Shown here: in pieces, positions 57,928-64,000 of the stretch | Layout: every line of letters begins with the position of its first letter | Position numbering within the stretch: position 1 is the first letter of the stretch | Origin: Vitrella brassicaformis CCMP3155 | Taxonomy: Eukaryota; Protista; Chromerida | Direction of reading: 5' to 3' | DNA: 64,000 nt | Assembly: GCA_001179505.1 (NCBI GenBank) | Contig: CDMY01000220.1 | Location: 98,667-162,666 of the forward strand | Translations under genes and position numbers: made by a program | Notes under the pieces: generated by a model | Seen by the model: only the letters and a program-made list of their open reading frames with translations | Told to the model about the DNA's origin: nothing | Database searches by the model: none

Positions 57928-60900
57928 ATGAAGGCTGCTGGCTCCATGTCCTGCCTGATGAGTAATCACCTCCGGCTTCGTCATCTGTTGGTGCTTGCCG
58001 CCTTCTATGCGGCTGCTGCAGATCCAACTCTCAACACGACGAACAGCAGCATCCCTGCAACATGGCACACGACCGAAAAGTGGGAGCTACTGTCACGCAG
58101 GCCCGAGTTTCAATCACAGCACACCGTAAGCAGTTACAGTGCATGCTGCCTGTCTGCCTGACATTCATGGGTAAGAGGTGCGTCATTTGTACGTGTGGCG
58201 TACGTTCTTCGCAGATCACTCCCAGTGGCGCTCTCGAGTACGCCTTTCGTATTGTGCCACTGGAGAACCTGACAGAGCTGAGCGAGTGCGCTTCGTGCCA
58301 ACAAGACGCCGGGGCGCTGAGGGAGTTTGTGGATGAGTCGGGGCTTCTCTCTGTGCTACCCAACGACACGGACAGCACTCTCGAAGCAAACGTCTGTGCC
58401 ACATCCTTCATCGTCTGTGTCCGAGACGAGGCGACAGATGAGGAAGGCTATGTCCTGGCGCTGGTCGGGGCGATGAGCTNNNNNNNNNNNNNNNNNNNNN
58501 NNNNNNNNNNNNNNNNNNNNNNNNNNNNNNNNNNNNNNNNNNNNNNNNNNNNNNNNNNNNNNNNNNNNNNNNNNNNNNNNNNNNNNNNNNNNNNNNNNNN
58601 NNNNNNNNNNNNNNNNNNNNNNNNNNNNNNNNNNNNNNNNNNNNNNNNNNNNNNNNNNNNNNNNNNNNNNNNNNNNNNNNNNNNNNNNNNNNNNNNNNNN
58701 NNNNNNNNNNNNNNNNNNNNNNNNNNNNNNNNNNNNNNNNNNNNNNNNNNNNNNNNNNNNNNNNNNNNNNNNNNNNNNNTCCACCGTCACTCGGCAACTG
58801 CACCAAACTGAATACTCTCAACCTGTTCAATAACAACTTCTCAGGCCCCTTGCCTGAGTCCTGGTCTCAGCTCACGGCGCTCGAGTACTTCAGAATCGAC
58901 AGCAATAATCTAAGCGGTACACTGCGGCCGCTGGCATCGATGAAGCGGCTGCAGACACTGATGTTCGGATACAACCAGGTGAGTTTGACCTGCCGCAGAT
59001 GTAGCAGTCGAACTTTCAATACATCTTTCAACCGTTGCCTGTTGCCCAGTTGGAAGGCCCACTGCCCGCCGAGCTCGGCGGCTTCACTGAGCTGCAGGAA
59101 ATGCGTGGGGCGGTCAACAGGTCGGCTTAGCCAGGCATCAGGTGGACACGTGCTCTGTACACTTGGTGTGTATCTATGCCTTCAGATTGACAGCTCTGCC
59201 GCCCTCTATCGACGGCTGGAAGAAAGTCTCTTTCATCGATTTACGCAGCAACGCCATTCAGGACCGCCTCCCTCCGTTTGGCCAGGCATCAGCCCTCCGA
59301 GAGCTGTATCTGGCCGACAACCAGATCGAAGGCTTCACCGACAACGGAACCATGCCAGAAGGGTATGCAGACGGGCAGAGAATGACACGGACAGTGCATG
59401 TTGTCGCAACTTCACGCTCTCACCTGCAGGCTGGTCACGTTGAACATGGAGTTCAATCGGCTGACGTCAGTCCCGGAAGGTTGGAACAGCATGCCTGCGT
59501 TGGAGGAGATATTTCTCAAGGGCAATCAGCTCACCGGATGGCCGACGTGGGGGAGGACTCCAGCGCGATTTTGTCAGGCGAATGCTCGCAGTACGTGTGT
59601 TTGTGCTTCTCATTTTCCTTCGGGCTGCATCGCTTGTCACTTGCTTTGCATTTGTTGGGCAGTCACGCCGCACATCACCCTGTACCTGCTGGCACTGCCG
59701 GCGCCTCCCTACTGGCCGGTCATCCAACGGGTGAGTGTGCACCGCACCGAAGGGCACTCAGCAACGTCACTGTCACTATGTGAGCTGCTGACATATGTCG
59801 ATCTTGCAGGCTGACTTCTCGGGCAATCCTTTGGGCGTTGAAGTGAGAGACTTCATGCAGACGTTTCGCGAGCTCAACACGTGAGAAGAAGAGACACTCA
59901 CCGTCGGGTCTCATGTGGAGATGTGCTTCTTGTCTGTGTAGGTTGATGACTTTGAGCTGCGCTGGCTGTGGTCTCACGGGGCGGCTGGACTGGTAAAGGG
60001 GGTTGAGGCACACACACATATCGACCCGTCCACTATTGCCCTTTTCCCCTCAGCGACTCGGTGACCTTCTACGACCACAGTAGTCTGTCAAGATATGGCA
60101 ACACAGAGTTCACCGAAAGATCCGTTGTAAGGAAATATGCACACACACAGACTCTGCTCAGCCCTACATCACCCTCTCCTTGTGTTAATGTGTGCAGGCC
60201 GCCTACCCGACTCTGCGCCCGGGGTTCGTTTCTCTGACGCGGCTCTTCCTCAGCCACAACTCGATTGTCGCCCTGGATGAGTTGCGGCTGAGGAACCTGG
60301 CGCGTGCTGACCTCTCGTCAAACGCTCTCGAGAGCGTCCGCGGTGATTGGCTTGCCGGCCTGGACGTCAGAATCGATGGCAACCCAAATCTCAGAATCGA
60401 CCGTATCGATGACAGCCTGGACATACAGGTGGGTCAGGCGGACCAGGCCGGTCGAAGGCCCATGACATGAGGTCCCACCGTGTCTGGGTGTCTACTCTGT
60501 TTTGCCTGCAGAGCTGTGAGGACGTGTTGAGCCTCAAGAACGTCTCCGCTGACACACTGGTGCCAAACCCTGCTGGTGAGGGAACACATTCACGGAGAGC
60601 CTAATGTGTCTGTCTTTGTGTGCAGCGTATGTTCCCCAGAGAGACCCGAAAGGCCTGTCGAACTCAACTTACGAGTGCACCACCCTCTGCAACACTTGGA
60701 TAATGGTCGACTTCAGCGTGGCTGAGGAGAAGCTCTGCCGCTGTCTGCCTGGCTACAGCGGCACGGGCAAGGCCTGCACCATGTGCCCAGCGGGCACCCA
60801 CAGCAACAGACAGGTCGGCACACAATCGTGCCAGCGATGCCCCGATGACGCAGGTGAGCGCCAACACGAACAGACTCCCAATCTGCGTTCTGTTGGTCTA

Positions 60901-63900
60901 CGCGTATGTTTGACAGGTTCTGAGGAGGGCTCGGCCGCCTGTTTCTGTCGTCTTGGCTACGAGAAGAGGGGCAACGAGCCCTGCGAGCCGTGCACGGCGG
61001 GATCTGTCGGCGTGCGCAACGCCGGCAGTGACGGAAGTCGCAGCAGGTGGATCTGCCAGGACTGTCAGGAGGGATTGGACTGCTCCGTCCCCATCAACTA
61101 CAATGCGAGTGTGCTGCCAAGGTTCTTCCAACTCACTGCCCGCCTGCAGTCGGCCGGCGCATCCCCCAGTGCCACACGAGAAGTGACGACGTAAGAAGCA
61201 GGACTGAGGGGCAAGTAGGCATTTGCCATGGTGCCGTCTGCGCTTTCAGGTATAGCGCCGGTTTGACCGAGCTGCCCATAGTCATACCGTGCCCATTGCC
61301 GGCGTCGTGCAGAGGCACTGACAAGGCATCTGGACTCAACATATGCTCGGTGAGAGCCAACAGCTGTCCTTTCTCCCAGGCCGTCACCACTGTGACATGT
61401 CTGTGCATCGTCTTTGTGTCAGGAGGGCCATGAGGGCTTTGTGTGCAATCGGTGCAAAAGGGGCTTCTCGCGGCAGACGCCCCAGCAACCGTGCGCCCCA
61501 TGTGCCGCCCTTTGGCAGATCGTCGTGGTCAATGTGTTGCTTGTCGTCGCCACTCTGCTGGCCATCTTCATTCTGACGGCACTCGCTGAACGGTGGGCTG
61601 GTGTGATGCGCATAATCATCTGCCAACTCGTCTGTCTGCATGTCTGTGTTATAATCGTTTGTGCATGGCGTGCCACACATTCAGCGCCGCGGCCACACAA
61701 AGGGCCGAGGTCCCCTCCCAACTCACCAAAATCGGACTGTCGCACATCACCGCCGTACGCAATGCACTCACATCGCTCGCAGGACGTCCCCCACCGGTGT
61801 GCGCATGTGTGTGTGCAGGTATGTGGGCTGGCCTTTCTCGTGTTCGACGAGTCCCTCTGGGGCGATCAGATATCCTCGCTGGTCAGATCCTTTTTCGGAT
61901 GGAGTGGCGGTGTTCCGCAAAGCTATCAGGTGGACATGTGCAAGAAAACACTCAAACATGTCCGCCATGCCATCCGCCGTCCGTCCGTCATCGACCACCC
62001 TTTCCTTACAGGTCTGGGAGTGTCTGTTGAGGCCATACGTGGGCGACAAATGCGTGCTCTATCGCCATTCTGTGTGGTTGGGGCTACCACTGATCTGGCT
62101 CACTGCCGTGCCCCTCGTTGGTAGCGACAAATGCCCTCAACCTAAGAAGCGATCCACTGTGGTCATTTCTCCTTCCTGTCGTGTCATCGAGTGCAGCGAG
62201 TGGGTTTGACAAAGTGCGCGAGGCGCTCAAGTCGAAGCGGCGCATCGGCACCGACGATTCATTCGCCACCGACACCTACCTCCGGGCCCTCTCAGCGCCG
62301 CCATCGGTCACCAACGAAAAGGCACACAAGGCCGCCGCAGAGGGTCCTTACCAACGAGCAGTCACATTCCAGGAGTCGGCAACCGAGCCAGAGACGCCCG
62401 CCTCGTGCCAACACTCCCTGGCGGAGCCCCGCAAGAGCGGCCGATGGCGGCAGTGGCTCGACGACCGCGGCACCATGATGGTCGTGATTCTCACGTTCAT
62501 TCACCCCACCGTCACCAAGAGTATGCTAGCCCTCCTGCGCTGCCGATGGTATCCCTATGTGCCCGATGTGATCCCTATCGCGACCGGCGAGGGTGTCAGT
62601 CGGCTGCCTCTTGACCCGAGGGACCAACCAAGGCCCCGGATGGACCTCGATCCACACGTCATCTGCCGGTCGGCCGAACATGCGCCGTTCCTCTGGATCG
62701 CTGTGGCTGGTCTGCTGCTGTGGACCTTCGCGCCCGTCATATGTGGCGTGGCGTTTCTGTGCCGGCATCGAGACAGTCTACAGGACCACCACACGCGCAG
62801 GCGAGTGGGCTTCCTGTACACGGGCTACCGCAAACACTTTTTCTACTGGGACGCTGTGCTGGCGATGAGGCGGGTCTTGGTGCTGCTTATTGCACAGCAA
62901 GCGACTTCGGAGAACAGACAGCTGCTCGGCTGGACAGTCATCGCCGCGGCGTGTCTGGCGCTGCAGTTCGCCGTGTGGCCCTTCGACCGAGGCAGTATGG
63001 ACATTCTCAATTTGACAGAGCTGAGAGGGCTGCTGGTGTGGCTCATGTCGCTGTTTATCATGCAATTCGTTGTCATACTGCCCGAGGGGACCTCCCTGGC
63101 GATCGCCCTCGTGCTGGTGGTCATTGCGGTCAACCTGGTTCATTATGTCATGGTGGCCATTCAGATATGCCGATTTGGCCTGCTGCAAGTGGGCTACAGA
63201 TACACGGCCCTCACGGACCGCAAACAGGCCATCGGTGGGCAAAGGAAGAGCACAGAGTCTCTCTCTCCTTCGTGTAGCGTATAATCTTTTTTTTTTTGTT
63301 ATTGTTCAGCTCGTTTGATGACCGGTTGCCTTACGGGCCCGATTGTGTCGTGGCTGATCCACAGAGAGGAGCAAAGACGAGAGGTGGCACCCAAAGTCTT
63401 CTATGACTGGTCCAGCGCGGCCCTCTCTGTGGACGGCCCCCCTGCTGCTGCCTCTGCTGCGTCGGGCAAGTGCCACCCCTCCTTCGGCCGGCCGGTGCAC
63501 CGTGTGGTGACGGCCATGCAGCTGACGTCAGCCGCCATGCAGGACGTCATCGAGACCCTCAAACTCACACATGTCCCCAGCGACTTGTAAGCCCACGACT
63601 CCCTAGCACAGCTCGCCTGTGCGCCTCTTTTGTGTGTCGTCGTTCAGCCATGAGTTTCTGTGGAGCCACGCCTTCCTGGTGCAGAGCTTACGGCAGAAGA
63701 CAGTGGAGATGCGCAGCCGACGACGAGGGCAGGTGGTCGTCCACCTGCCGAGACCCGACGAGACCAGCGCCACGGTGAGGCATTCCTGTGGCGGTGTGAT
63801 GGGTAGACACGTACTACGTGTGTGTTGGCAGGGTTTGCGGCACATGGGGACGAGCGACCTCTCCCACGCATTCGCAAACCAGCGCTCCCTAAGACATGCC

Positions 63901-63918
63901 GGTCATCTTGCTGCTTGA
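57928..63918 (+). CDS. Receptor-like membrane protein: signal peptide, leucine-rich repeats, Cys-rich (GCC2/ephrin-receptor-like) repeats and a multi-pass (about 7 TM) C-terminal domain
   Basis: LNLFNNNFSGPLPESW, IDSNNLSGTL, LYLADNQIEG, LFLSHNSI LRRs; CRCLPGYSG..CTMCPAGTHS..CQRCP; CQEGHEGFVCNRCKRGF; TM block with GFLYTGYRKHFFYWDAVLAMRRVL and WPF..LNLTE. Spans the 58480-58779 gap; 3' end approximate. Confidence 0.85.
58480..58779. other. Assembly gap (300 N)
   Basis: Run of N. Confidence 1.
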
Positions 63919-64000
63919 TGCACTGAACCGACCTGCCTGGAGGGTCCGACTCCACCGAAGGTCGGTGACAGTGACACGCCCATGCATACGTGCAAACCGA

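Noticed and set aside
54807-58779. ORFs reading through the two N runs
   Set aside because: Artefacts of fixed-length 300-N gap padding; true gap length and frame are unknown.
1-64000. tRNA, rRNA, telomeric repeats, transposase/reverse-transcriptase ORFs
   Set aside because: None recognised by eye; tRNAscan/Infernal and RepeatMasker were not run, so small RNAs could be missed.

Overview
Eukaryotic, GC-rich, very intron-dense genomic DNA. Introns are short (about 40-130 nt) GT-AG and full of (GT)n, (GGAT)n and (GACA)n microsatellites, and two genes carry signal peptide plus SAFV/SFV-type plastid leaders. This style points to a chromerid alveolate such as Vitrella brassicaformis (inference). 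I reconstructed about 19 spliced protein-coding genes by hand: a secreted, probably GPI-anchored protein of an uncharacterised bacterial family; a secreted protein with three Cys-rich modules; DHRS4-like SDR with PTS1; Nup54-like; a beta-helix plus Peptidase-S74 (tailspike chaperone)-like protein; TTLL11-like glutamylase; EamA transporter; pseudo-metacaspase; cytochrome b5 reductase with a degenerate b5 domain; Na+/Ca2+ exchanger; MFS transporter; RETSAT-like oxidoreductase; IRE1/RNase L-like pseudokinase; plastid YbaB/EbfC; a polycystin-like membrane protein carrying a glycine-cleavage H-protein fold; a secreted protein with an in-frame TAA; a TM-RING protein; a low-complexity secreted protein; and an LRR/Cys-rich/multi-TM receptor-like protein. 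There are two 300-N gaps. No rRNA, tRNA, CRISPR array or clear transposon ORF was seen. The best novelty candidates are near-identical twin introns in the S74-like gene (and its possible fusion to TTLL), a 16-bp palindrome GCGAGCT-NN-AGCTCGC in two divergent promoters, a lipoyl-less GcvH domain inside a membrane-protein loop, and several enzymes lacking catalytic residues. All gene models are manual, so exon boundaries and some termini are uncertain.
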